From IMG/VR virus record IMGVR_UViG_3300035698_019051: a stretch of 46,675 bases of DNA; one strand, given 5' to 3'. Positions 35,845 through 44,856 of the stretch are shown here, piece after piece. Source of the DNA: a virus. The notes under the pieces are model-generated. The model had not been told where the DNA came from, searched no databases, and saw only the letters and a list, made by a program, of their open reading frames with translations. Numbering within the stretch: the first letter of the stretch is position 1; each line of letters begins with the position of its first letter. A program made the position numbers and the translations under genes.

Positions 35845-35870
35845 TCCGAGCACGCCGCTCAATTTGGCCA
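35845..35870 (-). promoter_or_regulatory. partial GC-rich upstream element copy
   Basis: CCGAGCACGCCGCTCAATTTGGCC. Confidence 0.3.
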
Positions 35871-35950
35871 TCATCATAATGGCGAGGACAACTAACCCAA
35901 GTATTGTGAATACCGCACATATTACTTGGAAGACTGTCCGTGCGTGGCAT

Positions 35951-36217
35951 TCACCAGACGGGGGTTCCACGATTTCGCCATTTCGTTTGCGTAGCGGTAT
36001 GGATGCAGGCCATCTGGGCCAATGCACCCAAAACGAAGATGCCTACGAAACAGGAGATTGACCAGATAAAGAATCGAGCCATCGGTGACGCTGTGGTCGC
36101 CCCATTCGCATTTATATCGGGTACAATTCCGGCTAAGGCCGAGAGGTTAATAAACCCCGGAGGTGCTATGAACCACAGCACTGCGATTGCGATGATCATT
36201 GTCTTAATTGTCTTCAT
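35951..36217 (-). CDS. small membrane protein (3 TM)
   Basis: Hydrophobic helices; abuts ligA. Confidence 0.5.
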   Translation of the reverse strand: MKTIKTMIIAIAVLWFIAPPGFINLSALAGIVPDINANGATTASPMARFFIWSISCFVGIFVLGALAQMACIHTATQTKWRNRGTPVW

Positions 36218-38274
36218 TCTTCGTTTCCTTTTACCATTTCGATTAGGCGGTCTTCGCCGACCACTTGAATGTTCGCGCCTTTCGCGTTATAGCCAACGGC
36301 CTTCTTGCTCTTGTTGCTCTCGATCGCGGGGTCGGCAACTACCAGGAAGGATATGTCTTTCTTAACATCCTTCACGAGAGTGAATCCTGCCGCCGCGAGT
36401 GCGTCCTTGTAGTCGGCCTTTTTCTTGCCGCTTGGCAGAGTCCCAGTGATGCAGACTTTAGTGCCAGTAGGCTCAGCATCCGGTGCTGTCGGGACGAAAG
36501 CCTGAGGCACTACGCCGTGGGCTAGCAGCCCATCGATGATATCTGACATTTCGGCGATGCCAATAGCCCATCGTTCCGCCTTGGTGGGTGCGTTGATTTT
36601 GGCCTGCAGGTTCACATCACGGAGTGTCTCAACATGCCGCCAGCACGCCAATGTGCTCAATTCGGATGGGGCTTTCTGGCATGCCTTCTCAACTTCGCGT
36701 CTTCCCAGGCCATCAATTCCGAGCGAACCCAAGAAGATGTGGAGCGGTAGGATGCGTTTCTTATTGATCTCGTCAATCAAGTAGTCGGCGTTGTGCCCGA
36801 ATCTACTCTCACCGCTAATCAATATCTCCCGGAGTTGCTCCACCGGGATATCGGTGCCAAGCTTGTAGATGTCAGCAGGCGTGTGGATGTTCAGCTGGTC
36901 GTGGAGGGCTTCTCTTACAGCGTCGCCCACTCCCAGGATCTTGGTCTTCTTGAACCAGCTTTTCAGTTTTCCGTCGTGCTTGGCCGGGCATCCCGGATTT
37001 AAGCACATCGTGATTGCCCCAGTGCCTGTCTTGTTCTTCTTCGTCTTCTTGACCTTGTTACGACCCACATCGGCACCGCAGAAGGGGCAGGATGTCGGTT
37101 CAGGCATTTCCTGGCGTGTCGCCGGACGGGACACCACACCGATAACCTTGGGGATGATGTCATTGGCTCTGGTGATGTGGATGGTGTCACCAATGGCAAC
37201 TCCCAATCGCTCAATCTCTTCCCAGTTAGCCAGCGAGGCGCTGCTGTTTGTAGTGCCTCCGAGTTCCACTGGGTCGAATCGGGCATTCGGGATCAACATC
37301 CCAGTGTGACCGCCAGTGATCTCCATAGATCGCAGGACCGTTGTGGCGAGTTGATTCTCGGGTTTCCAGGCCACTTGACCCTTGTGGTACTTGCCACTCG
37401 GAGCGAGGCCCAATTCTGCCTGGACTGCCAGGTCGTCGATCTTAATCACGATCCCGTCGATCCAAAAATCGAGCGACCCTGCGTTATCAGCACCACCCCG
37501 CATCATCATGATCTGCTCGTAATGGGCTACGACATCATCGGCGTCGTCGAATGTTTGCCAAGGCATCACTGTGACGCCCACAGACTCGAGGTATTGCGAC
37601 TTCTCCGTTTCGGTGGCGAATTCGATGCCATTCTCGACGTCGAATGCAAACGCAGTGATGAAGCTGGACTGTTGCCCGTCCTTGCGCCCGAAAACGCCGT
37701 TGCCTTGGTTCCTGGGGTTCTTCCCGCCCGTGATTCGCCAGTCGGCTTTCGTGAGGATGGCTTCGAACCTGATCGAGCCATCGAACGGCCCGTGATCATC
37801 GTCTTCGATGTACGGCGGCAGTCCCTTGAACCCGGCGACGTTAGCGGAGATGTCTTCGCCCACAATGCCGTCGCCACGGGAAATTCCTTGAACGAGATAA
37901 CCGTTCTCGTAATAAGCCGCGACTGAGCCACCATCGCCCTTCCAGCTTACATGAACCCGCCCGCCCCTGGCTTTCTCGGCGTGCCACTTGCGGAATTCGG
38001 TTTCAGAATTAACCTTGTCCTGACTCCCCATATGGGTCTTATGCTCGGCCTTGTTCAGGATATTGTCATTGGGGATTGGGCATCCGACCATCACCAGAAC
38101 TGGGTCCTGATCACCCAAGGGGCTGATTTCAGCCAGCTCCGCTTCCAGAGCATCATACGATGGGTCTTCCATGATGGGCTGCTGGGTGTAGTAGTATGCC
38201 TGCTTGGCCTTGATAATTATGTTGCGCAGTTCAATTAGTCTGTCCATCGGTTCTCCTTTTGGCGTAGATTGCAA
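36214..38274 (-). CDS. ligA: NAD-dependent DNA ligase LigA
   Basis: N-terminal Ia domain (YYYTQQPIMEDPSYDALEAE); adenylation motif KGDG plus YENGYLVQGISRGDGIVGEDIS; Cys4 zinc finger (CPFCGA...CLNPGC); a C-terminal region consistent with HhH/BRCT. Confidence 0.9.
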   Translation of the reverse strand: MQSTPKGEPMDRLIELRNIIIKAKQAYYYTQQPIMEDPSYDALEAELAEISPLGDQDPVLVMVGCPIPNDNILNKAEHKTHMGSQDKVNSETEFRKWHAEKARGGRVHVSWKGDGGSVAAYYENGYLVQGISRGDGIVGEDISANVAGFKGLPPYIEDDDHGPFDGSIRFEAILTKADWRITGGKNPRNQGNGVFGRKDGQQSSFITAFAFDVENGIEFATETEKSQYLESVGVTVMPWQTFDDADDVVAHYEQIMMMRGGADNAGSLDFWIDGIVIKIDDLAVQAELGLAPSGKYHKGQVAWKPENQLATTVLRSMEITGGHTGMLIPNARFDPVELGGTTNSSASLANWEEIERLGVAIGDTIHITRANDIIPKVIGVVSRPATRQEMPEPTSCPFCGADVGRNKVKKTKKNKTGTGAITMCLNPGCPAKHDGKLKSWFKKTKILGVGDAVREALHDQLNIHTPADIYKLGTDIPVEQLREILISGESRFGHNADYLIDEINKKRILPLHIFLGSLGIDGLGRREVEKACQKAPSELSTLACWRHVETLRDVNLQAKINAPTKAERWAIGIAEMSDIIDGLLAHGVVPQAFVPTAPDAEPTGTKVCITGTLPSGKKKADYKDALAAAGFTLVKDVKKDISFLVVADPAIESNKSKKAVGYNAKGANIQVVGEDRLIEMVKGNEE

Positions 38275-38292
38275 ATCCCGCCGCAGTTGCTG

Positions 38293-38718
38293 TTACCACT
38301 TCTTCTTTTTCGGCTCTTCCGCCATCTTAAACTCGCCCACGGTCTCATTGACGATTATGTAACCATCGGGGCCGACCGTGATGTCGAGATATGCGGAGTT
38401 GGTGATCTTATTGTCAACGACGACTCCGCTACCCACTGGGGTAAAGACAGTGGCTCGATACTTGTTTTTCACGCCCGCTTTCCCAAGCTTCAATTTGGAG
38501 CCATATGGCACTTCCAGGAACGCCCTGACGTGTTCTTCGAGTGTGAAATCCCGCCACGTTATCTTCTTCTCTTCGGCGGGGGGTGCAACGGGTGCGACTG
38601 GTTCGGCGGGTGGGGGCATTACGCCCACAGCCTCTTGAGGCGCTGGCGGGATAATAGTCATACCCGTTTCCCCATCTTCCGGTTCCGGCTCTAGCATATT
38701 ATCGACCCATGTTGACAT
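38293..38718 (-). CDS. hypothetical protein with Pro/Ala-rich N-terminus
   Basis: 141-aa ORF. Confidence 0.5.
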   Translation of the reverse strand: MSTWVDNMLEPEPEDGETGMTIIPPAPQEAVGVMPPPAEPVAPVAPPAEEKKITWRDFTLEEHVRAFLEVPYGSKLKLGKAGVKNKYRATVFTPVGSGVVVDNKITNSAYLDITVGPDGYIIVNETVGEFKMAEEPKKKKW

Positions 38719-38751
38719 TTCTCAATACTCCCATTTATCTTTTGTTAGAAT

Positions 38752-38815
38752 ACACCGCAGGGCGCGGTCCTTGCCGCGCCCTGCCGTGTCGCGCGGCCGC
38801 GCCGCGAGCAATTCC
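38752..38815 (-). promoter_or_regulatory. GC-rich upstream element copy
   Basis: GCCGCGCCCTGCCGTGTCGCGCGGCCGCGCCGCGAGCAATTCCACC. Confidence 0.4.
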
Positions 38816-38823
38816 ACCCTTAT

Positions 38824-40158
38824 TTACGAGGGGAATGACGGGAGCGGCATGCCGCAATCGGGGCAGAACTTGACTGAGTAGCCTTCGCCGAGCCCTTCTC
38901 TGTGTTTGGTCAGATCGCATTGGCAATTGCAGCAGAAGTTCAAGTCGACCTTGGTTACTGTAATCTCAGCACAACGGTGTTGCACGATATCTGCGACCGG
39001 GCTTTGCTCAGCCGGGGCGAGCTTTGGACACAGGCCATTCGCGTAGTGTTGCCTCACGCCGGTTCCGCTTGTGGCTGTGAAATCGCACCCGCCAGAGTGA
39101 TTGTGGCAGCGGTATTTCCCCGACTTGGTTTTCGGCTGTGTTCCCGCCCAGGCTTTGTCTCGGGCGTCGACAAGTTTAGCACCTTCGGGGTCTTCGACTC
39201 GGCGGAGGTCAACATTAGGCATATTACCCCCGGGGTGACGGAGTGGTGCGAGTTTCGGGCATGCACCACGTATGTAGTGTTGCGCGATTCCATGGCCGCT
39301 TGTGGCTTTGAAGCTGCATTTGGGGTTGTGGCAATGGTACTTCTGTGTCTTCTTGGATTCTGTGGCCTTCTTTACAACTGCCTCGGCTGCTTGGCCCGCA
39401 GGGGTCAGCTTTTGTGCCGCTTTTTCCTTTTTGGCGGCATTACGGGCCGCGATCCGCTTGGTGATGATCGTAATGCCGCGCTTGTTGTTGTTCCGCTTCG
39501 CCTCGATGAGTGCGGTGTACTCAACTTTGGTCGCTCCGATGCCAACGCCGCCATCAAGCAGCCCCATTGCACCAGACAGCTTGCGCAGCTCATTGATCTT
39601 CAGCTTGCTGAGAGGCTTGGTGGCGATCTTCCCGACGCTTTTCTTGATCCTCGCCTCTTCCAATTTGTCGGTCGTCATTGTATTTGCCATCTTTCTTCCT
39701 TTCTTTGGGGGCGCGTGTAGCGGAAACTCCCCATAGTGTGCCTTCACCGCCACTGGCGATGTGCTTTTGAAATTGCAGCTTGGACTGCTGCAATTATATT
39801 CTTTGATACTTCTACATAGATAAGCCCTCTTGGTGGGCCACTTCCTCTTGAGTTTCTGCATTGCACCCAAGACGTTGTCTCGAGTAATCTTAGTACCCAA
39901 GAAGCCGGTTGCAGCCTCTGCCGCTTCATATTGACTCATGTTAAGCTCTCCGGCCTTTAGCTTCGTACTCAAGTAAGCTTGCAAGCTTACTCGGCCAATC
40001 TCTGTTAGTCTGTTCATCTTGGGTCTCCTGTCATTATGCCAAGTTACTGACTCCAACGATTCGCCAGCAAGCAGCCTGTTAAGGATGGCCTTCACGCGCT
40101 GCTGTCCCGCGAGTAACTTCTTAGACAAGTCGCTTGGCAATACTATCGATTTCATCAT
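38824..40158 (-). CDS. multi-zinc-finger basic protein (repeated CHNxxCxF...H...C modules)
   Basis: At least 3 repeats of a C-x-C...H-x...C-P-K module; Lys/Arg-rich. Confidence 0.55.
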   Translation of the reverse strand: MMKSIVLPSDLSKKLLAGQQRVKAILNRLLAGESLESVTWHNDRRPKMNRLTEIGRVSLQAYLSTKLKAGELNMSQYEAAEAATGFLGTKITRDNVLGAMQKLKRKWPTKRAYLCRSIKEYNCSSPSCNFKSTSPVAVKAHYGEFPLHAPPKKGRKMANTMTTDKLEEARIKKSVGKIATKPLSKLKINELRKLSGAMGLLDGGVGIGATKVEYTALIEAKRNNNKRGITIITKRIAARNAAKKEKAAQKLTPAGQAAEAVVKKATESKKTQKYHCHNPKCSFKATSGHGIAQHYIRGACPKLAPLRHPGGNMPNVDLRRVEDPEGAKLVDARDKAWAGTQPKTKSGKYRCHNHSGGCDFTATSGTGVRQHYANGLCPKLAPAEQSPVADIVQHRCAEITVTKVDLNFCCNCQCDLTKHREGLGEGYSVKFCPDCGMPLPSFPS

Positions 40159-41407
40159 GATGAGCCTTTAACCACTCCTCAATTTCGCATTTCTCTGCTT
40201 GCAGCTTGTCTATCTCTGCGCCAATGCTAAGTGACCTATTGACCTTATGGACCCAGTTGGCCAACGATGCCTGAGGAGGAGCAATCGATTCCTCTACTAC
40301 TTCCTGCAATACCTCCTCCAGCTCCAGATCCGTCTCCTCCTCTGGCTCTTCTTCCGGTTCCTCTATTTCTGGCTCTGGCTCTGGCTCTGGCTCGATCTCA
40401 GGCTCTGGCTCTTGTACTATTGTAGTTGTAATTGGTGGAGCATCACCGCCCCTTTGTGGCTCCCCACCGAATTCAATCCAGCCATCTTCAGTTATGCCGA
40501 AATCTCTGCCACCAGTGACATATACCCAACCCTTATGCGTTAACGCCCGCGTAAGAGTAGCGACAACCCTACGCTGTGCTTGGGTTGCATCATCATATTT
40601 CACAAGCAACTCAAGTTCTAACTCATCGATGGCTTTGGCTCTGGGAATTGGGTCGGGGTAATAATCACGTGCCAATTTCTCCAGCCACAAAAATAGCTGC
40701 CGAACGCGTTCAATGCTAGTACTATATCCTTTAAGGCGGAGCATACCATCAGAGTCGGCAGATCCGTTGAAAGTATCGTCCACGCTTTCGGTTTCAGTTA
40801 CGTGTTTGGCGCTTTCTGGTGAGAACTTCACATTCGGCTCAAGTTCTGTGACTTGTACTTTGAGGGATTGGCCTATCTTATAGGCATTTAGATTGTCTAC
40901 GTCATATTTCTTACCAAGATGCTCTATAGGAACCAATCCTTGGAGGCCCCCATCCGGTATGCACACAAGCAGCCCATAATCAGTCTTGCCTGTGATATTC
41001 CCCTTCAAAACCTGCCCAACTGCGATCTTATGAGGTTGAGCTTTCTCAGACTTCTTGGCTTTTGTCTTCTTAGGCTTGGGTTTGTTCCCCGACAGATTAA
41101 TGTCGACATCGCCGATATCGTAATCAACTGGCGGGTAGATTGCAACTTCCCAGCAAGTTTCTGGATCTTTCGGGCGACAGAACGCTCGAAAGAAGGATAT
41201 AGTACCTGCCTCGTCGAGTCGCTTATACTTGAATCCGTCGCGATCACATGATGCCTCGCGCCGCTTCTGTATTGGGAGTACCCTCCAGATCCCACGATAC
41301 CCAAATTTACTCAGGCGTTTCGCGACGATCTTTTTGATCCCGTTAGCAACACTGCTTGTCGGTGACTTGCCTGAATCTTCCCACGATATTGCTAGGGTAT
41401 CTATCAT
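40121..41407 (-). CDS. S1-like RNA-binding domain protein with acidic PEPE repeat tail
   Basis: Central IAVGQVLKGNITGKTDYGLLVCIPDGGLQGLVPIEHL...KIGQSLKVQVTELEP fits the S1/OB signature; C-terminus is PEPEIEPEPEPEPEIEEPEEE. Confidence 0.6.
   Translation of the reverse strand: MIDTLAISWEDSGKSPTSSVANGIKKIVAKRLSKFGYRGIWRVLPIQKRREASCDRDGFKYKRLDEAGTISFFRAFCRPKDPETCWEVAIYPPVDYDIGDVDINLSGNKPKPKKTKAKKSEKAQPHKIAVGQVLKGNITGKTDYGLLVCIPDGGLQGLVPIEHLGKKYDVDNLNAYKIGQSLKVQVTELEPNVKFSPESAKHVTETESVDDTFNGSADSDGMLRLKGYSTSIERVRQLFLWLEKLARDYYPDPIPRAKAIDELELELLVKYDDATQAQRRVVATLTRALTHKGWVYVTGGRDFGITEDGWIEFGGEPQRGGDAPPITTTIVQEPEPEIEPEPEPEPEIEEPEEEPEEETDLELEEVLQEVVEESIAPPQASLANWVHKVNRSLSIGAEIDKLQAEKCEIEEWLKAHHDEIDSIAKRLV
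40365..40415. repeat. 6-nt tandem repeat (ggctct)n encoding PEPE repeats
   Basis: ctggctctggctctggctctggctcg. Confidence 0.7.
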
Positions 41408-41988
41408 ACTTTAACCTTAGTCGCCTTGATAAGTAAGAGTTGAGCTACGTAGGCTAGATAATCCTTAAGTTCAACGCCGCTGAAATGCTTCGTAGAAGGT
41501 AAGGCCATAAGCTTTTGAGTCGCCCCAATGGCTTCCTCTACTACGTCGGGGACTGCTGGATTGGCTATTTTGGCTGCTTCCTTTGTTGCCTTGGCTGCTT
41601 CCTTTGTTGCCTTGGCTGCTTCCTTTGCCGCTGCCTTTGCCGCTGCCTTTGCTGCTTCGACTTCTGCTTCAGGTACTAATCTATACTCCCTATCAAACCC
41701 CTCACCCCTACTCGCGCTCCTACGCGAGAGCGGAGTACACTCCCAGGTCCCGCGCCTCACGATATTATTCAACCGTTGACGTAGCATCTCCCTCCGGCCC
41801 CTGCTAATTTGCTCATCAAGAGGTTTACCAGGCCTACCCTTTGAACTTAGGAATATCCTAACAGCGTGTTCTGGGGGCACGCACTCAAGTATCGGGATAA
41901 ATTGCCAGAATGGGTGCCACTCACCATCTGCTACTAGGGCAGCCATGTCTGCATTTATCTTTTTTGATGTTTCAGTGTCAATTGCCAT
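41404..41988 (-). CDS. hypothetical protein with (AAKAAAK/EAAKATK)n repeat
   Basis: 24-nt tandem DNA repeat at 41568-41660. Confidence 0.5.
   Translation of the reverse strand: MAIDTETSKKINADMAALVADGEWHPFWQFIPILECVPPEHAVRIFLSSKGRPGKPLDEQISRGRREMLRQRLNNIVRRGTWECTPLSRRSASRGEGFDREYRLVPEAEVEAAKAAAKAAAKEAAKATKEAAKATKEAAKIANPAVPDVVEEAIGATQKLMALPSTKHFSGVELKDYLAYVAQLLLIKATKVKV
41568..41660. repeat. 24-nt tandem repeat (encodes AAKEAAKATK repeats)
   Basis: ttggctgcttcctttgttgcc repeated, then gccgctgcctttgcc x2. Confidence 0.7.
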
Positions 41989-42989
41989 TATTTCTTCTTA
42001 GCCTGACGTTTAAGATCAGCCATCACCTTACTAAGCTTCGTGAAGGTTTTGGCGACCTCCCTGATCTGTTCATCAGTCAAATCCAACTGATTGAGCGAAG
42101 TAAGCTTAGCACCGTTGACGCCTTTTTCAAAGAAGTTCTTCAATCCCGACACCCCGGACAAGAAACGCGATCGTACGGGGTTGGCGGCAGCGCGTTGTGA
42201 TTGCGGCTTTGTCCTAGCAGCGTCATATGCCTTGATCGCATCTATCCCTGACTTCTCGTCCGGAGACTTCTTGACCACTTTAGTCAGCTCACTGACCTCC
42301 GTATCGGTGTAACGCCCTCTGATGGCGGTTTTAGCCATCTTTTTCAAGAGCTTCAAGTTCTGGATGCCGCCGCCCTTCGACGGAGCGAGCATGTATAGCT
42401 TGGCTTTAGCACCAGGAGAAAGTTTGTCGGCGTCGATGGCCTCTTCATTCAGGATTTGTGAGACTTTGTGGGCATACCAGGCATTCTGCAGCTTAGTATA
42501 AGTCCTGGAGTTCTTCCCGAACCACTTCCTGTTGAGTTCCGTAAGCGGTGTCTTATAATTCATATGCAGGTGGATGCAATGCTGAATCATCTGCTCCTCG
42601 GTCAGCTTCTCACCGTGGCGGGTGTTGTCAGTTCGCGTGAACTGATCATACATGCCCTTGGTGCCATTGGTAATGACATAGCAGTCGATCGACTTACCCT
42701 GTATCCCGCCGTTACCAGCGAGGATTGCCGCCGCAACGCGGTGGTTCCCGGCCAATATCTGGCCTTGCGGGGTAGTCACAATAGCGGGGAATGGGGCTCC
42801 TTCTTCGAGTTGGTAGGCATACGCAAGCACTGTGTCGTCGTTAATCGCCTTCCCGATCCTCGCGTTGTTCTTTAAGGACGCCGCAACTTTTAAAGATGAA
42901 ATCAAAACGCCTTTGCTGTAGGTCCATTCTGCCCCTAAATCTGCCAACTGTTTTTCGGCTACCGGGTCTTTAATCCATTGCATATCCAT
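41988..42989 (-). CDS. ParB-like nuclease (ParB/Srx) domain protein
   Basis: ILAGNHRVAAAILAG matches the ParB N-terminal GxxR/HR box; basic C-terminus. Confidence 0.55.
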   Translation of the reverse strand: MDMQWIKDPVAEKQLADLGAEWTYSKGVLISSLKVAASLKNNARIGKAINDDTVLAYAYQLEEGAPFPAIVTTPQGQILAGNHRVAAAILAGNGGIQGKSIDCYVITNGTKGMYDQFTRTDNTRHGEKLTEEQMIQHCIHLHMNYKTPLTELNRKWFGKNSRTYTKLQNAWYAHKVSQILNEEAIDADKLSPGAKAKLYMLAPSKGGGIQNLKLLKKMAKTAIRGRYTDTEVSELTKVVKKSPDEKSGIDAIKAYDAARTKPQSQRAAANPVRSRFLSGVSGLKNFFEKGVNGAKLTSLNQLDLTDEQIREVAKTFTKLSKVMADLKRQAKKK

Positions 42990-43015
42990 GCTCCTAGTAA
43001 GAGTTCAGCGTCGTA

Positions 43016-43056
43016 CTGTGCTGTGCGGCGCAGCGCGGCCAGCAGCAAGTAGTAAT
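43016..43056 (-). promoter_or_regulatory. GC-rich upstream element copy in a divergent region
   Basis: GTGCTGTGCGGCGCAGCGCGGCCAGCAGCAAGTAGT. Confidence 0.4.
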
Positions 43057-43096
43057 GTATTTAATTAAATATAAAGTTAACACAGAAGGATAACTT

Positions 43097-43780
43097 ATGG
43101 CTACTAACCCACAATTACCGAATAATTCCCTGCGATTCCCAGCCGGCCCGATCGATTTCTCAACCGAAGTTGGGATTACTGGGCAGGACCACGACGATTA
43201 TCCAGAAGGTGGTCAGCAGGCCAGGTTCGATTGGATGCGGATGGTTGTCATATCCATGCTATCGCAGCAATCGTCTTACGAGGAGCCAACGCAATATCGC
43301 GAAGGCACCCCGTGGTTCGACATGAGCGAGCTGGCCCTCAAAATCCGCCGAAACGGGCAGTGGGTGCCATACGCACAAGCCGTCTTAATCGATGATGGTT
43401 ACACGTTATCCGATTTCTATGCGGCTTGGGCAGCCTCAAGTGCTAGCCCCGACGCTAGGTTTAATGGGACTGCGACCGTTGCTTCCAGCACTATCACACT
43501 GCCTCCAGATACCGCAGCATTAATAGCAGGACAATCGGACCTCGTGGCCGACGTCTTTATTAATGGTACAATGGTAAATCCTGATTATGTGTCGGTAAGC
43601 TCGACTCAGATCGTTCTCTCTGGCGGAACGCAGGTGCTCAACGGCGACGAATATGCTGTTACTATCCAAAACGTCGTCGGTGCATCATTGAGCGGGGTTA
43701 CCCTCACATCCCCAGACGGAACGCGATGGACCGTTACTGTTAGTGATGCGGGTGCGTTGAGCACAGTGGAGATCGTTTAA
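43097..43780 (+). CDS. hypothetical protein
   Basis: 227-aa ORF with GAAGGA SD 6 nt upstream of the ATG; an isolated + strand gene. Confidence 0.6.
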   Translation: MATNPQLPNNSLRFPAGPIDFSTEVGITGQDHDDYPEGGQQARFDWMRMVVISMLSQQSSYEEPTQYREGTPWFDMSELALKIRRNGQWVPYAQAVLIDDGYTLSDFYAAWAASSASPDARFNGTATVASSTITLPPDTAALIAGQSDLVADVFINGTMVNPDYVSVSSTQIVLSGGTQVLNGDEYAVTIQNVVGASLSGVTLTSPDGTRWTVTVSDAGALSTVEIV

Positions 43781-43938
43781 CCTGAGAACCACCCTACTAT
43801 CTTGATACTGTCTTCGACTAGATAGTGCACCGCTGTGAGGAACCCTACCGCCAGCCAAGGTACAACTATCACCCAAAACAACCACTTGGGCATCGAAATT
43901 ATTACTTGCTTGTCTTTACGTTCTATGTTCAAACTCAT
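43777..43938 (-). CDS. 53-aa membrane protein (not in the ORF track)
   Basis: GGGAGG SD 6 nt before the ATG (MSLNIERKDKQVIISMPKWLFWVIVVPWLAVGF...); one clear TM helix. Confidence 0.45.
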   Translation of the reverse strand: MSLNIERKDKQVIISMPKWLFWVIVVPWLAVGFLTAVHYLVEDSIKIVGWFSG

Positions 43939-43939
43939 G

Positions 43940-44263
43940 CTAGCCTCCCTGCTGGACTCTTAGAAATAATTCGGAACTCATCACCATATACGGTGCTTGA
44001 TAATCGAAGTACTTGCCATCAATCATCAAGAAAACAGTTCCTAACTTCGGTTTAATGCCAAACTGGTCGACGAATTCCGCCTCCGTCAATCTTTCGCTGG
44101 CCGGTTCGTCTGTATTCCACCATTCTAACTGGTCTTTAATGACCGAGCGGAGTTCTTCGCCAGAAGGGCAGGCATCGGTGGCCATACACTTCTCGAATGA
44201 GACAAAGTTACGCGATGCCCGTACCGACGGTACTTCTTCAACACAAATGATGTATATGCTCAC
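43940..44263 (-). CDS. hypothetical protein
   Basis: 107-aa ORF immediately upstream of the 53-aa ORF. Confidence 0.5.
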   Translation of the reverse strand: MSIYIICVEEVPSVRASRNFVSFEKCMATDACPSGEELRSVIKDQLEWWNTDEPASERLTEAEFVDQFGIKPKLGTVFLMIDGKYFDYQAPYMVMSSELFLRVQQGG

Positions 44264-44364
44264 TTGCGACCTCCTGTTACCCTGTTATCATCGAGTATAT
44301 CATCTTACCAAGGATTATAGCCCAGGGCAAGACGAGGATAATTGTTATGATGATGAATCTTTTT

Positions 44365-44856
44365 CTAGCTGTCATTCGGGATTTCCTTGGCACCAGCCGC
44401 TTGGGCTAGCTCGTTATATTGCTCTTTGGTTGGGCCGACTGCGTGGTACACCATCCCGTGGATGCCAAGCACTTCAAGCGGGACCTCAAATCCCGCCAAG
44501 TCATGTACACGAGGCAGTATGCGCTCTGTGAACAAGTTCTCCAACGCCTCAACACGTTCATCTCGGGTAGCTGTATCAGGCATCTCACCCATCGCGGCAG
44601 ATAATGAGTCAAAGATCGGACCCTTCTCGATGCTGATGGAGAAATGAACTGAAGTCATAACTTCCAACACATCGCGGCTGACTATGATTCGTGCACCATC
44701 CTCAAAATCGAAAATATGCTTGCGCTGTGCGCCCGGACGCGTGTTAGGTTTCGCAATCATCTCCGGGCCTGCGGTGAATTCTGGGGCCATCGCGGCGACG
44801 AATCGATCGCTAAGGTCATTGTTTGATTCTGCTTTAAATTCAACTTGTGGGCTCAT
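44365..44856 (-). CDS. hypothetical protein
   Basis: 163-aa ORF, coupled. Confidence 0.55.
   Translation of the reverse strand: MSPQVEFKAESNNDLSDRFVAAMAPEFTAGPEMIAKPNTRPGAQRKHIFDFEDGARIIVSRDVLEVMTSVHFSISIEKGPIFDSLSAAMGEMPDTATRDERVEALENLFTERILPRVHDLAGFEVPLEVLGIHGMVYHAVGPTKEQYNELAQAAGAKEIPNDS

Noticed and set aside
37177-37934. 249-aa + strand ORF and a 122-aa minus-strand alternative-frame ORF within ligA
   Set aside because: Both are embedded in the unambiguous LigA reading frame; no independent start signals
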